A stretch of 64,000 bases of DNA, taken from assembly GCF_009834535.1 (NCBI RefSeq), contig NC_045696.1, positions 102,054,001-102,118,000 on the forward strand, in the 5' to 3' direction. Numbering within the stretch: the first letter of the stretch is position 1; each line of letters opens with the position of its first letter. Positions 1-13,425 of the stretch are shown here, piece after piece. A model generated the notes under the pieces. That model saw nothing but the letters and a program-made list of their open reading frames with translations. It ran no database searches and was not told where the DNA came from. The position numbers and the translations under genes were made by a program. The DNA comes from Camelus ferus. Lineage: Eukaryota.

Positions 1-350
1 TTTTGCTCTGCCACCTCCAGACTCCTCCTATCAAGCTAACTCCCTTCTTCACAATAGCTGTTAGGTTGGACAATAGCTAAAACATTTCTAGGCAGCTATT
101 TCTCATACACAGACATCCAAAAGTGGGAACAGGGATTATCTCCACCTTGAGTGTCCTTTTAAGAGCTAAGAAACATTTTCCACAATATCCACCCACCCCC
201 AGCAGATTTCCCCTCGTGTTTCATTGACTTAGATTGTCCTACATCACCCCTGGGTGGGGATGGTGTAAGGCCTTTCTCACTCAGAGTGCTCTGAGGGAAG
301 TCACCTGAACAAACTTTGGATTCTTCTGGCAACACAGGAAGGAAAGGGCC
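1..350 (-). mobile_element. Degraded MaLR LTR fragment (MLT1J/K-like)
   Basis: Segments cccagcagatttcccctcgtgtttcattgacttaga and cctgaacaaactttggattcttctggcaa resemble old MLT1 LTRs in reverse. Boundaries approximate. Confidence 0.45.
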
Positions 351-2469
351 TAGGGTGATGGACCACATTCTGTTACTTCCTGGGACAGAAGTGTTCATGG
401 AGTCTCTAATCAGCTTACAGAGTGGGAAGAGATTAGATAGGATCTTCTCTTGATGTTTTATTTCTCTGAGGCTCACAAACTGGTTACTTACATCAAATTC
501 TTCTTTCTTTTGTAACTAATAGTTTTATTTCTAATATTGAAGTCCACATGCTTCTTAAAAAATGTTTAGAATAAAAATATATAAAGTAGAAATAAAAATA
601 AGACATAATTCTACTATTCTGGGATTTTTATATATTTCTTTTCTTTTTCCATAAATTATAGATCACATATAATTTGTTAAAAAAAATCAGGTATATAAGC
701 CATGTAACTTTATTTCCTGTAATTCAAATCACCATTATGCCTGGAAGCAAAAACAAAAAATCTTGACTTAAATTAATCTCAATCAATTCAAGATTTGAAT
801 TAGTCAATCCAAGTCATCCCCAGTCAGTTCAAGGTGTTCTCTTTCTCTTTTCTTGGGGATTCTCTAAGTTCCAGGAGTCACAGTGTTGGTGGAAAGTCAG
901 GGCATCTGGATTTCATTGTCCTCTGTCCACAGTCCATGGCTAGATCTGCATCCTGGGTAGTTTCTCAGTTTTGGTCCAAGCAGATGACCACTATGTCCTC
1001 ATTGTTTCTACAGCTAGACCTCTTGGATCTGCCAGCTGTATTGCCTGTCTCTTTGCCAAGAATTGCACAGGAGGTATGGCCAGGGATGAGGTTAATGAAG
1101 TATTTAGGTGGATTCTATTGAAGCATGGATTTATCTGTTGTAAAACTGGACATTAAACATTTAAGTGAAGGCTTTGTTGATGAGAAGTTAAAATCAAAGT
1201 GGTCAGAGGCTGTCCTCAAATCCCCATTCATAATTCCCACGGGTCTGTCTAAGATATTCATACATGCAGCTGAATGTAGTGTTGCATAAAGCTCTTTCTT
1301 TGAGGTTAATACCATAAACATACACTTTCATTTATGAGAAAAGAGGTTAGTGGAACTTGAGATATCTCTGTCACATAAGGAGAGAGTGATGAAGAGCTGT
1401 CCCACTTTTCTTTGTAAACTCTCTATTTGTCCATGATTGGATTGCAGTTTAAATACAAATTAAGATATTTGCAAATAAAATACAAAATACAATTTAGGAG
1501 GCCAAATTAAGGGACTTGGGGATTTTTGACAGAGAGACATAAACTGCCACCAAGTTTCAGACAAAGTGATGTATTTTAAATTCATGGCACAGTGTGCTTA
1601 GCTTTTGAAGTATGAGATCTGGGCCTTCTGTCGTCGTCAAATTCATCCTCTGAATCAGTGACACATGGTCCAATAAACATCAAGTGACAGCTCCTAGTCA
1701 GTAACCAACACAGGGTTTCTGGAGCGGATCCAATCCTCAAGAACAGAAGCCATGTAAATAAACTCTGTTGGGCAGGTTGTGCACCGAGAGCAAACCAGAC
1801 TAAGACATCAAGGCAATTCCTGGACATATTACTGTAGCTGAACAGATGGCAGGCAAGAGAAGTGCTTAAAGGAGCCACTGGAGCACAATTTCAAGCGATG
1901 TCTCACATCCTCTGACAGTTGGAGAGTGATAGAAGAAAACAGATCACGGGGATATATTACCACTCAGAAAGGAATGATTTCATTCAAAGATGACCAAGGC
2001 AAAAGACACAGGAAGGTCTCCTCAGAAAAGGGCAATGGATATGGAGAGCTGAGAGCAACTTTGGGCACTAAGGACCTACCCTGGGTCAGGAGTATAGCAA
2101 GGGTGACTTTCACATCTTAAGAGTCTCATGTTCTTTGTAGGGCACTGCATCCCAAATCATCTTAACAATAAGAATACTTGATATTAGAGGGAGACAGGTA
2201 TATTAGAGCACTTCTTGGCTCAGAAGTATGGCTGAGGACACATTATGAGGTTGAGCCTGCAGGTGGAAAGATGAGCGAGAACAAACTGTGGAGTAGGAGA
2301 ATTGAAACAGAGGGAATGAAGTGAGGACTCATAACAAGCAGGATTACTGTCTTCATCCCTTTATAGACCTTGCACAGGCCCAGGAAGGAGCAGTAGAACT
2401 CAAACTCAAACCTGTTTGGAGATGCATTTTGAATAAGGGAATCAACTGGGAACTTTGACTTGGGGAACA

Positions 2470-2895
2470 AATACCTACCCAGCATCCTCTTTTCCTTCCC
2501 CTTGCTACCAGAACACCCATTTTGTTAGGCATCCACCCAATACCCTCATGAAGGTGGTGACCTCTTCCCTAGTTCAAGAGTAAATCCTCATAGGTATGAG
2601 TAGGTTCCTTGCCAGAGGTTGGTTGGACATGTGATCTAGTTCTACCCAATGAGGCTTGTCGGGGAAGTCTCTACAGGGCTTCTGGGAAAGATTTCCTCTC
2701 TCCTAAAGAGATATAGCCCCTTCCGCTTTGAAGGTTGTTGTGTCTATATATAAAGGCCAGAACAAGATGTTGCAACCATTTTGTGACCACAAAGGAACCA
2801 GTCTATGTTGATCAGATGAAAATGACTGAACTGAAAAATTACTGATATGGGTCTAGTGTTTTGTCACTTGCAACCTATAGCATCTTAACCAATAG
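2470..2895 (+). mobile_element. MaLR solo LTR (MLT1I/J/K-like)
   Basis: Diagnostic segments ggacatgtgatctagttctacccaatgag, gggcttctgggaaagatttcctc, gcaaccattttgtgacc and the terminal tgtcacttgcaacctatagcatcttaaccaata. Confidence 0.6.
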
Positions 2896-4589
2896 TTTTT
2901 TTTTTTAAGTCATGCTGACTTTTTAGAAAGTTTAGTAGAGGTCAGAGAGAGGGGAGTTGGCTTACTCTATAAGGCTCTATCTTTTCTTCTGTCCATCCAT
3001 CCATCATTTATTATGTGCTTACAGTATGCATTTAGATGACCAGGAAGATATAAAGATGAATTGGAAATAACCCTTGCTCTTGCAGTGCTCACAGCACTAT
3101 TAATGGATGATATGTCTTGTAAGTTAGGAAAGTACAAAATGTCTTGATAGTCCAGAGTGGGGAGTGATAAGCTCTAATCTATAGGTCAGATGTAGAGTAG
3201 GATGTACAGAGACTGATTAGAACTTGCCCAGCAGAAAGTATGTTTCAGGGAGTAGAACTGAGGAAGCAAAAAGAGGCTGTAAAGAAATCCCAGATGCTTC
3301 ATTCCTAGATGTAAATCCATGCAGAAAGGCAGGCTATGTGGAAATGGACTGTCTACATCATAAGGGAAGTCCAGATCATGGCAAACAAAAAAAAGAGTTT
3401 AGATGCTACAAGAGAAAGAAGGTAGGTTTGAGGAAGGGTGGGAGGTGGGTTATAAGAGTAATCCTTGCTCTTGACTTAACACAGTCATGCCAAAGTCCCC
3501 AAAATACCTCTCTTTCAAAGGTGGTCCAACAAGTGAGTATGCTCCCTGAAGTCTTCATGACCCCCTTTCTGGTTCTGATTGTCAGAATGAGATAAGGCCA
3601 CCCCACTTGGCCTTAACATGTACTCTTAAATTCCAAACACATTTATGTAATTAACCACTTGCTATATGTGATATAGTTTAAAGAACAAGGTACAGAGATA
3701 AATACCAGGCTTCATATCTAAGGAGCTCACAGGATAGAAGAGAAAACACACAGAACACATAACTATCATACAAGAGGAAACATTATAATAGAAGTATGTA
3801 CACAGGTGTAATCCTTGAGAGATACAATGCAGGGAGATTGGCCAGGTACAGACAGTAGATTATATTTCTGTTGATTCTGAATGATAAGTAATGGTAGGAG
3901 TTTCCAAGTTGGGAAAAGGCAAATAGAAGGATCAACAAAACAGAGAACTCCAGAAGAAGAGGGCCTCTAAGGTAAGAATATTCTGGGGGCAAGAAGTCAC
4001 AATGAGGTGAATTGGGGAGATGACACACATGAGTGGATGAGAGAGGAATGGGAGGTGATGAGAGGGGAGGGGCCTTATGGACCAGTAAAGGTAATGTATG
4101 CAGTCTCAAAGAGTCTGAATTTCATCTATTATGTGTTTGTTGAATGTCTCCTATGTGTCCAGGAGTTTTAGGATTCACAGATACAAAGTCATAGTCCCTA
4201 CACTCAAAGAATCCTGGACCAGTGGAGAGGAAAGACACAGGGACAGGAGTAAGGAGAGTTAATGTTTGAAGAGCCTTGACCTTGTGCCAGCACTCTACCT
4301 AGATTATAGTATGTATAAGATAACTTTTAAACATTAGAAGGAGTTGGCTAGGTGATGAAGGGAGGACATTCTAGACAGAGGGAAGAGCATGAGCAGGGGT
4401 GTGGAGGTAGGGGACTGCCTGGTGGTAGAGAGAGTTAAGAGTTGGTATCACATACATTAAGAGGCAAGAGAAGGGAATGAGATGAATCTAAATACGTAGG
4501 CAGCAATCAGATTATGGATGACCTTCAAATTACAAGGAGAGGACCAGACACTGTGTATGCTACATGACCAAAAAACACTTCAACCATTT

Positions 4590-5350
4590 CACCATCACCA
4601 GCTCCCTGCAAAATATCTTCACCATATCTGTCATTGGACCCATAATCCACTCAGTTGTTAAGACTAGACCTTGACAATCACCCTTGATTTTTCCATACCT
4701 CTATCCCCGAACTTAATGAATCAGGAGTTAAGCGAGGTCATTTCTCCCTTCTAAATATGTCTCTAATCTTCTCTGCTCTCCATCCTCCCTGCCAATACCC
4801 AAGTTGAAGCAAATCATTCTTCACCTAGATATGGTGAGGACCTCTTTTGTGACCTTGTACTTCCTCTCAGCAGCTACAGCAATCTCCTGAAAATGTAACT
4901 CAGACCACCTAACTCCTCACTTCTGTTTTAAATTTTCCTGTGGCTTCTCTTATGTATCAGATGAAATCCAAACACCTTACCATGGCTGGCAAGGCTCTGC
5001 CTTCCTCTCTAAGTTCACCTCACCCCTCTCTCCCCTTCATCCATTTTGCGCCACTTCCGTCAAGATCCTAGAATACGCTGTACTCCTTGCCTCAAGGCCT
5101 TTGTTCTTGCTGGTCTTCTTTCCTGCAATGATTCCCTTCCAGATCTTCACATGATATCCCCCTTTCCATTTTTCAGATCTCAGCTTAAACAATGCTTTAC
5201 TTGATTCCTCCTTCCATTCTCCTACTTCAAGTTGTTCTCCATCATTGATGTTGTCATTTTCTTAGCATCCTCAGCAGAAGTAGTCAACTCCCAAGAGGAC
5301 AGCACCATGTTGTTTTGTTCACAGTCTATCCTGAGCACCTCATCCAGAAT
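4590..5350 (+). mobile_element. L2 LINE 3' region, highly diverged
   Basis: L2-type segments such as atgaaatccaaacaccttaccatggctggcaaggctctg, gcctcaaggcctttgttcttgctg and ttgttcacagtctatcctgagcacct. Opposite-strand L2 pieces lie at ~2990-4530. Confidence 0.6.
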
Positions 5351-6025
5351 AGCCACAGTCCTTAGAAGTATTGTTGTCTTCTGTTAATTGTTTAATTACA
5401 GCTCCACTAATTAATAACTGGAAACTTAAAAATAACTTTAAGGGACAGCATAAGATATAGAAGAATATGGAGAAGAAATAAAATTTGTGCAGGAAATGTA
5501 TGGAAGCATGATGATAAATTTGGCTTAACAGGCATGGGGACATGGTGACTACTCTGGACAGTGCCTGACACAAAACGGGCATCAATAAATATGCCTAATT
5601 AATGTTAGCTCAATGATTGAATCTATTGACATAGACAAACAATCCAATACTAACAGACCTCATAGTGGCATGTAAAATTAAGAGCCCAAGTCGGGTTATT
5701 GTTGAAAGCATTTTCTTCCTCTGTGAAGGGAAAGCATTCAGTAAATTAATCTGTTTTATTTTCACGGCTTTCTTTTTTTCTTTACTGTACAAATTTGAAG
5801 CCAAGATATAATTTGTTATGGATGATGAGCCCTGCTAGCCATAAAATTTTGGCAGGAGAGAGGCAGAAGCCTTTTCACTTGGTAGTAAATAGAGTATGAC
5901 TCACTAAGAGTAATCTAATAATAGTGAGAGAAACAAGTGTCAAACCTAAAGAGTGGGCTGAGAATCTTTGGTCCTCATAGGCTAATGCATGGATAGAGAT
6001 ATATTTTAATTTTTAAAAAATTTTA

Positions 6026-6566
6026 AAGGTTACTTTCCATTTATAGTTATTACAAAATATTGGCTATATTCACTGTGTTGTACAATGCATCCTGGAGCCT
6101 GTCTGATACCCAGTAGTTTGTACCTTCCACACCCCATCCCTGTATTGTCCCTCCCCCAACACTGGTAACCACGAGTTCTCTATATCTGTGAGCCTGCTTC
6201 TTTTTGGTTATATTCACTAATTTGTTGTATTTTTTAGATTCCACATATAAGTGATATCATACAGTATTTGTCTTTCTCTATGTAACTTATTTCACCTAGC
6301 ATAATGTCCTCCAAGTCCATCCATATTGCTGCAAATGGCAAAATTTCATTCTTTTTTATGGCTGAGTAGTATTCCATTATATATTTGTTTATTTATTTAT
6401 ATACCACATCTTCTTTATCTATTCATCTGCTGTTGGACACTTAGGTTACTTCTGTATCTTAGCAATTATACATAATGCTGCTATGGATGTTAGGGAGCAT
6501 GTATATTTTCAAATTAATGTGTGTTTTTTTTTTTTAATATAAACCTAGGAGTGGAATTGCTGGGTC
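6026..6566 (-). mobile_element. 5'-truncated L1 (ORF2 end and 3' UTR, cetartiodactyl-type)
   Basis: Reverse-strand L1 hallmarks: tagattccacatataagtgatatcatacagtatttgtctttctc, gctgcaaatggcaaaatttcattcttttttatggctgagtagtattcc, cctaggagtggaattgctgggtc. No clear TSD. Confidence 0.9.
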
Positions 6567-7514
6567 TAAATGTTTATAATTCAAATGGCACAACACCAGG
6601 TCATTGAAGTTGGTTTTTAAAATGTAACAATGGTTCCATTGATGCCCTAAGTAGCACTTGTAGAGAAAGCATTTTATAATGTAGATTTTCTTCACTGTTC
6701 ACATTTATATTTGGAAATGCAGTCTATGTTTGAGCTACCTTGGTTACAAATAAAGATAAGATTTTAGACTGTTGTATCCTCTTCTCAAAGTACTCAGAAA
6801 TTTTTTTTATCCCTGTTTATTAGACAACAAATATTTATTGAATATCTGCTATGTGCCAGAAAGTGTTAATTAAGGTTTTTTTTCTCTTTGTCATGTTAAA
6901 ACTCTAGGCCTTTATTGTTGTTTGCCCCGTAATTAGGAAGGCGGCTTTTTTTTCTAACTATTCATTTCTTTTCCATTCACTCAGGACTTTTTGTAGGGGT
7001 GAGGATCTCTTATATTTAAAATCGTCTATGATTCATGTCAAACCTCAAGTGATTATTAAAAAGCCCCACAGATGCAGTAAGTCCAATCTTAAGGCACTGG
7101 AATGATTCCTTTATATTTTAAGCTGGATTCTTTTGCAATGATGGATTCCTTTAGAATTAAGGAAAGACATCTCTGTCTCGGTTACTACATTTCCAATCAA
7201 CCATATCCTCCCAGAGTATTTCCCTCAAGCATTTTAGAAAGGGAGTGGATTTTTTTTCCCAGTCTATGAAGATATTCTTTAATTAACTGGGTCAATACCT
7301 TTTAAAACTCTGGCTGCAAAAATGTCCATTCACCTCTCCCTGCCTACTATTTGAACATACTTATGTTACAGCTTATTCATGGACAAGTAGCTTACCCACT
7401 GAAGAGATGTGTCACAGACTATATTCAGAATATTCAGAGGTCAGCACAAATCTAATGATGTACTGTGGGACAAAAAATTAACAATGTGTGTGATAATCTT
7501 TTTACCTGATAAAG

Positions 7515-7720
7515 TTTTAAAATGAACTTTATCAAGATGTCACTTTCATACAATAAAAGGCACCCATTTAAGATGTACAGTCGGATGAGCTTTAACAAAC
7601 GTATGCCCCATTTAAGCACCACCTCAGTCAATATAAAGTGTATTTCCATCATCTCAAGCGTTTCCTTGGTGTCCCTGTGCAGTTAGTCACCCTTGACCAA
7701 GCCATAGGCAACATTGATTA
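7515..7720 (-). mobile_element. Ancient L1M (L1MB/MC-type) 3' end
   Basis: ttcatacaataaaaggcacccatttaagatgtacagtcggatgagctttaacaaacg...atttccatcatctc matches old L1M 3' termini in reverse. Confidence 0.7.
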
Positions 7721-8594
7721 GAACTGTGTTTCTAATTTTCTCCTCATCACTGGGCAGAGTGAAGGACAAGACACATCTACTGCCTTCAAAATCCTTATGC
7801 AATAATAGGAGAGAGGAAAAATTCCAAAGAAATTCAACAGCAAGTTAGTGATATACTCAAGCATAAAGATTGAATGTTGGTGGGGCAAGCAGTGCTGGGG
7901 TGGAAGTTGGCCTAGACTGAGTAGTACGAGGCCTGGACTCTCTTTTGTACAAACTCTATTTCTAACTCTCTTGTCTTGGTTTTCTCACCTATGACATGAG
8001 CTTGAACTACCTTCTAAAGGCTCTTCTGGTGTCACACTTCTGCATTTCACTTGTGAGGAATGAATGCTCTAGTCCTTGGGATTGCCACTGGTTTCGGAGT
8101 CTGTAATTACTCTGTGGTAGGTAAAATGTCTGACTTCACTCACCAAATACATTTTCATAAAAGTTAATTTTTTTAATGTTTAGCATATTAGGCTCTTCTC
8201 ATCAGAAGCAATCAATGGAATTTTATTTTACTCTATTTGCATAATTTGAAATAATTTGAAGGAGCTACTTTTGGGTTCAGTTTTGTGAAATATGTTAATT
8301 GATGTTTTCTAGTCAGGCAATAGCTACAAGAGACTGTCCTTAATTGTCCATAATCTTCCCTGCTGGTCGGTCTCCTTTACTCAAAAGTGGCTTTTCACGA
8401 AGTTGAATGTCCAGAAAGTTATAATTCAAACAAGGAATAGATAGGGAGTGAAAACAGAGGAAAAGAGATCTCTTCAATTCCAGCAATGGTAAAACTTCCA
8501 TCTCCAGAGATCAAATAGATGGGCAATTATTTAAACGTTGTTCTAGCATCTCTGACCATTAGGGGTATTTTATTTTTCTTTAATAGTTCACAAG

Positions 8595-8732
8595 TTAAAC
8601 TTCTCAAATTTGAATCACCTGAGAATCTTGTTAAAATGCAGATTCCAAGTCAGTAGGTTTTGGTGTGGACTCTACATTTCTAACACACTCTCAGATGATG
8701 TGGATGCCCCTGGACCAGGGGCACACTTGGAC
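8595..8732 (-). mobile_element. MER5-family hAT-Charlie DNA transposon remnant
   Basis: gaatcacctgagaatcttgttaaaatgcagattcc...cagtaggttttggtgtggactctacatttctaaca...tggaccaggggcacacttgg. Confidence 0.7.
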
Positions 8733-11700
8733 AGGTGACTGGAGTGGTGAGCTGTGAGTCAGCTTACCTTTTCTGGATAACTGATCTACTGACCGCTCTA
8801 CTTCAAGTTATTTATGTTATAAAAGGTGTATAGTTTAGAAATGTCAACTTATGCAGGGAATATGCTTCCTGTGAGTTGAGTCCAGTATAGAGTCAGCAGT
8901 CTGCAAATGTCATTGAAATATACATTTTCCATTGGACAACCAATTCACTTGTCTAGTCTTCTGGCTAGAAAATGTCTCATCCTTTGAATTAACATGAAAA
9001 ATATGAAAATTATCTCCAGCCCTAAATCCCCAGGGACCTGTATGCAAAAAACAGAGGTCCCATCCCAGTCTTCTGATGGACTTAAACTTGAGGCAATAGT
9101 AGATTTGGGCCCCTCTACCCAGCGTACCTATTTTGGGAGTTTAGCATCTAACTCTACATGAGCAGTCTAATCAAATTTTTGTCCTGACCTTGGTTTTCAG
9201 GAACACAGGTTTTTTTTTCTCTGCTTATTGGTTTGTTGATTTCTAAAAGCAATCTTTGTTCCATCAATCACATATCAGGAAGACATATTATTTTTATCAC
9301 CTAAAAAAGCTAGATACTGAAACTTAGAGCAGATTTATATGTTGTTGGGTTTATTTATCTGTAGGGGTTCCAGAACTCAATCAGCCTGCTGGGTTGATTA
9401 GAAAGGAATGAAGTAGAGAGTAATCATCAAACTATAGTCAGGAGACTGGGGGAAAGATTATAATTTGAAAGTTGTACAGAAAGAATAGGGAGCATTAGCA
9501 ATAGCTAGAACTGATGATATGGGATAAGGATTACACAGGAACTCATTTTTAAATGAAATGGAGAGTTAGGAGACAGCCAAGGTTTTGGTGTTCTGAGCCC
9601 TGTTTGTACTCAGCAAATATTAAAATACCAATTATCAAAAATAATTGGGCCTTAGGAATAGTGAATGGGTAAATAAGCAGAAAATGGTCTTGGAAACCGT
9701 AGCACAGAGACTAATTAGTGGCCACTGAAGACAAAATTGACTAAAAATCAAAAAGAAATTCAAGAGGAGTTGGGGAGTGAAAAGAAACTGTCCTCTTCCC
9801 AGGAAGGAGGACAAAAGGAAAAGAAAGTTAAAGCCAAAGAATTTTTGACCAAGCAGAGAGAGGGAAGCCTGCATTCTGTGTGATCTTGCAGTTTGTGTGG
9901 GACTGGAGGCCAGACCTTCGGTACACAGGCTTGGCCCTAGGTGCACCATCATTTTTATTGATGATTACAATTCATTTTGGCCTGCAGAAAACTGTTGAAT
10001 TCAGGAGGAAGGAGAGTGTTACCAGATATACATCTGGCAAAATTGCACTTCATTTCCACACCTACTGCCCACCCCTCCATCTGTCAAATTCTTTAAAACT
10101 TAACATGATACTGCTTCCCTTCATTCACTTAAAAAAATTACTTTTGGCTTACAAAATTCTTTGTAAAGGCCATGTTTTCAATAATGCGTTTGTTTTAGAT
10201 GCTGACTAGTCAGATTGCTGAGATATAGAAGCAAACCATCTGTTTTTAAAAATGATTTTTTCTAGGCTCTTCTTCATTTGCCTTTGTCTGATGTCCATCT
10301 GACCCTCGGTGTTAAAGGTCACTTCAGAAAGGGCTCCACACTTTCCCCCCTTGTGCTGAGCTGCTACTGTGTGGGAATTTCTCCTGTCTCCACCACTGCT
10401 GACCCTTACAACCACAACCACTAGTGGTTTGGGACCTCACTGCTGGCCAAGGCTGCTGTGAAGGACTCTATAAAGCCTGGGCTGTTGGAAAGAAGTGGGG
10501 GGGATGGGGTTGGCGGGGGGACGTTACCCACCTCCGCAGCCCACTGGAACATGCCTCTCCCTGGGGCCTGAGGTGGATTACTGAGGCACACCTCCAACTC
10601 TTTCCTCTACCCTCCTTCTTATTGATTACCTCTTTCTCCAGAAGTTCCCCTCCTGCTCCCTCACAGGCATCTCCAGATTCAGAGAGTGGAAGCTCACCAC
10701 TTCTAAGTGTTTCTTTATACCATGCCATTAAAAAGATTAATAAACGGAAGCTCCTAAATTTCTCCTCCCTCTGTCTGCCCACATGAGGGGTTTCTGACTT
10801 GGTCCTCTCAAATAGCTTCCTCCCAGAGGCTCTGAGAATGTGGGTGTGATTGCAGTAGGTAGGAGATGTAAGGGGGGATTTTTAAGAGGTCTTGTTGGGA
10901 CCTTTTCAGGTGAAAAAATTAAATCTGATGACCTGGACTTTGTTCTTTTAACAACGATAAAGTTTAAGGAAAATACTTAAGGACTGAACTATACATGGGT
11001 TATAGCTTCAAAATATTAAATTGATCCTTCCTGTACCTAGAAAGCCAGCATTTTCATTTCCCCATTCTTTTGCCTTCCTAAACTGGACTTAGAAGAGAGA
11101 CTTGGGCATGAAAACCTAAGAAGGCGTTTTTCAATGCTCTGCCCATTTTCCTGTTGAAGGCTACGTGTGTTCCTCCAGGACAGGTGAGTGGGCATTGGAG
11201 AGGAGGGGGAAGCTGAGACTGTTGGAAGCAACAGAAGGTGGAGGTGGAAAGGGACGCTGGCTCTTTGCAGTTATAAAGGGTGTGACAGGACACCCGTAGT
11301 TCTAGGTCACATTTTGAGGAGGCTTATACTGGCAGGAGAGCCTGGTTTCCTGTCATCTCTGTACAGCAGGGTTGAGTTAAAAAAAGTGAAACTCTGCACC
11401 TGCTCATTTGTTCTTTCCTCAGCAAGTGAGGCCTGAGGCATTGGCAGCCGAATGCATCTTCCTCAGGTGGCCTCCAGCCTCACTGTTAGTCCTGACTTTG
11501 ATTGTCAGGTAAAGAACAGCAAAGAAAAACCCTGGGCTTAGGTAGAAATCTGTCTTGTTTTTTCAAATTATTTATCATGTGTATAGCTAAATAGACAGAA
11601 CCCTTGGAATACCTGCCTCTTAATTCCCGCAGAGACCCCAAGCGTGGCATGTTGCTCTGTGTGTGTGTGTATCAGAATCTTTACAAAAATCAGTTGGGTT

Positions 11701-12089
11701 TAATTTAGAACATTCATTTGGAAGCCACTTAAAAATACTGCCAGCTATTTAAGGTTAGGAATTACAGCCAAGCATGAGAGGGAAAAAAAGGTAGATTACT
11801 TATTTAATTGTGTACTTATTGGGCATCTACTCAATAGTAGGAGTAATAGTAGAAGCAGTTTTTCGGAAGGGAACGTCAAGGAGTCTCCAAGTAGGAGGAC
11901 TTCTGATTCTCTGATTGAAAGCTAGTGTGCAAAAAGTATTACCATGTTTGACCTATATACGTATGGGTGGCTGAGTGAAAAATGGAAGGTGATATCCCAG
12001 AATGACAAGAGGGCGTATACGTGGCTAGGAATGGAGATAGTTCAATACTGCTGCCAAGTATTGCTTTTTTAATTTATCATAAATGTTTT

Positions 12090-12435
12090 CAACAAGCAAT
12101 TATTCAGCACCTCTTAAACGCCAGGCAGCGTGCTAGGTATTGAAGATAAGAGAAAAACACGCTGTCCCTGCCGGAAGGCACCCACAGCCTAGCTGCAACA
12201 AATATACAAATGTTACAAAACGAAAAGATAAGCTACATCTACCAGGGAATCAGGGGTAGAAGAAAGGAGAGCACACTACCTTGGAAGACCCAGTGTAAAC
12301 GATGGACAGGTCCAGATGGCTTCCCAAAGATAGCAGCCCCTGAACTGAAACTTGAAGAACAGGTAGGACTATTTCAGTGGCTATCCAAGGGTGGTAGTGG
12401 TGGGGGTGGAAGGTATTCCATGTGAAGGAAACAGC
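12090..12435 (-). mobile_element. L2 3' end
   Basis: ttcaacaagcaattattcagcacctcttaaacgccaggcagcgtgctagg...gtccctgcc...gaactgaaacttgaagaac. Confidence 0.65.
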
Positions 12436-13124
12436 AAGTACCAAGGTGCAATTTTATCAGCCTTACGTGTAATTCAACAAGGAACATTGCATGCATACTT
12501 GCATCTATTTTATTTTAGAATAAAAATATGGGCTCTGATATTTCTCCAGTACCACCATCTTCCACATTGCTAAGACTCTCACCATCTCCCTATTAGGAAA
12601 AACAAGCAAATATTCAAATAAAATAGTGACTAGATTAATTGGGACAAAGATAATTAAAAGCTGGAGATCCCAAACTGTCTTTTTAACTAATTTCTTTCAT
12701 TCCTGAAAGGGCTTACTTGAAAGCTAAAGAATGTTTTTGTTCTGTGGCTTCATCTGTGTTTTTATTAAAGATACAAGAAAAGGGACTTTTTTCTCAAGCA
12801 AAACAGAATTTAAATTTACAGTTTATTATCATCCAGCATCATGCCTGTGCATTTGGTGCCCAGGGACTGCTGCAGCCCAGATGTCTCCCCACAGGAATGG
12901 CGGTGCTTGGAGGCAGCTACAAGTCCTGCCCAAGAATCTTGTAAAATAGAAAGTGGCAAGTCACCTGTCTGCATGAGAAAAATCAGGGCCCTTTATCTGC
13001 CATGGAATACAAATTCCCAGTTAGAGCATCTCAATAATGTGCATTGTGTTCCATAAGGAAGCAAACACAAATTGAAAAAAAAACAGTAAGAAATTAATGT
13101 CCATGAACACATTAACATGGATTT

Positions 13125-13235
13125 TTAAAAATCTGAATGAATATATATATATTCATGTGTGACTGAAGCGATGTGCTGTGCACCAGAGATTGACGCAGCA
13201 TTGTGGACTAACTATACTTCAATTAAAAAAAAAAA
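13125..13235 (+). mobile_element. Very short 5'-truncated L1 3' tail with poly(A)
   Basis: attcatgtgtgactgaagcgatgtgctgtgcaccagagattgacgcagcattgtggactaactatacttcaattaaaaaaaaaaa is homologous to the L1 terminus at ~19760-19838 in this window. Confidence 0.8.
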
Positions 13236-13239
13236 GATT

Positions 13240-13425
13240 CAATAGCCATTTATTTAGCTGTGTGTAAGCACAGCAGCCTTCCAGGTTGGTAGGGTTATTC
13301 TCATTGTACAGAGAAGGGGACTGACGTTCTGAGAAACTAAGCTGTCCTAGTTTAAATAGCTCCTAAATAGCAGTGCTTGGAGTTGAATCCAGAGTTTCTG
13401 ACAAGTCAAATGCCCCTTTCCCTAT
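13240..13425 (-). mobile_element. MIR SINE
   Basis: Core attctcattgtacagagaaggggactgacgttctgagaaactaag...ggagttgaatccagagtttctgac. Confidence 0.6.
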
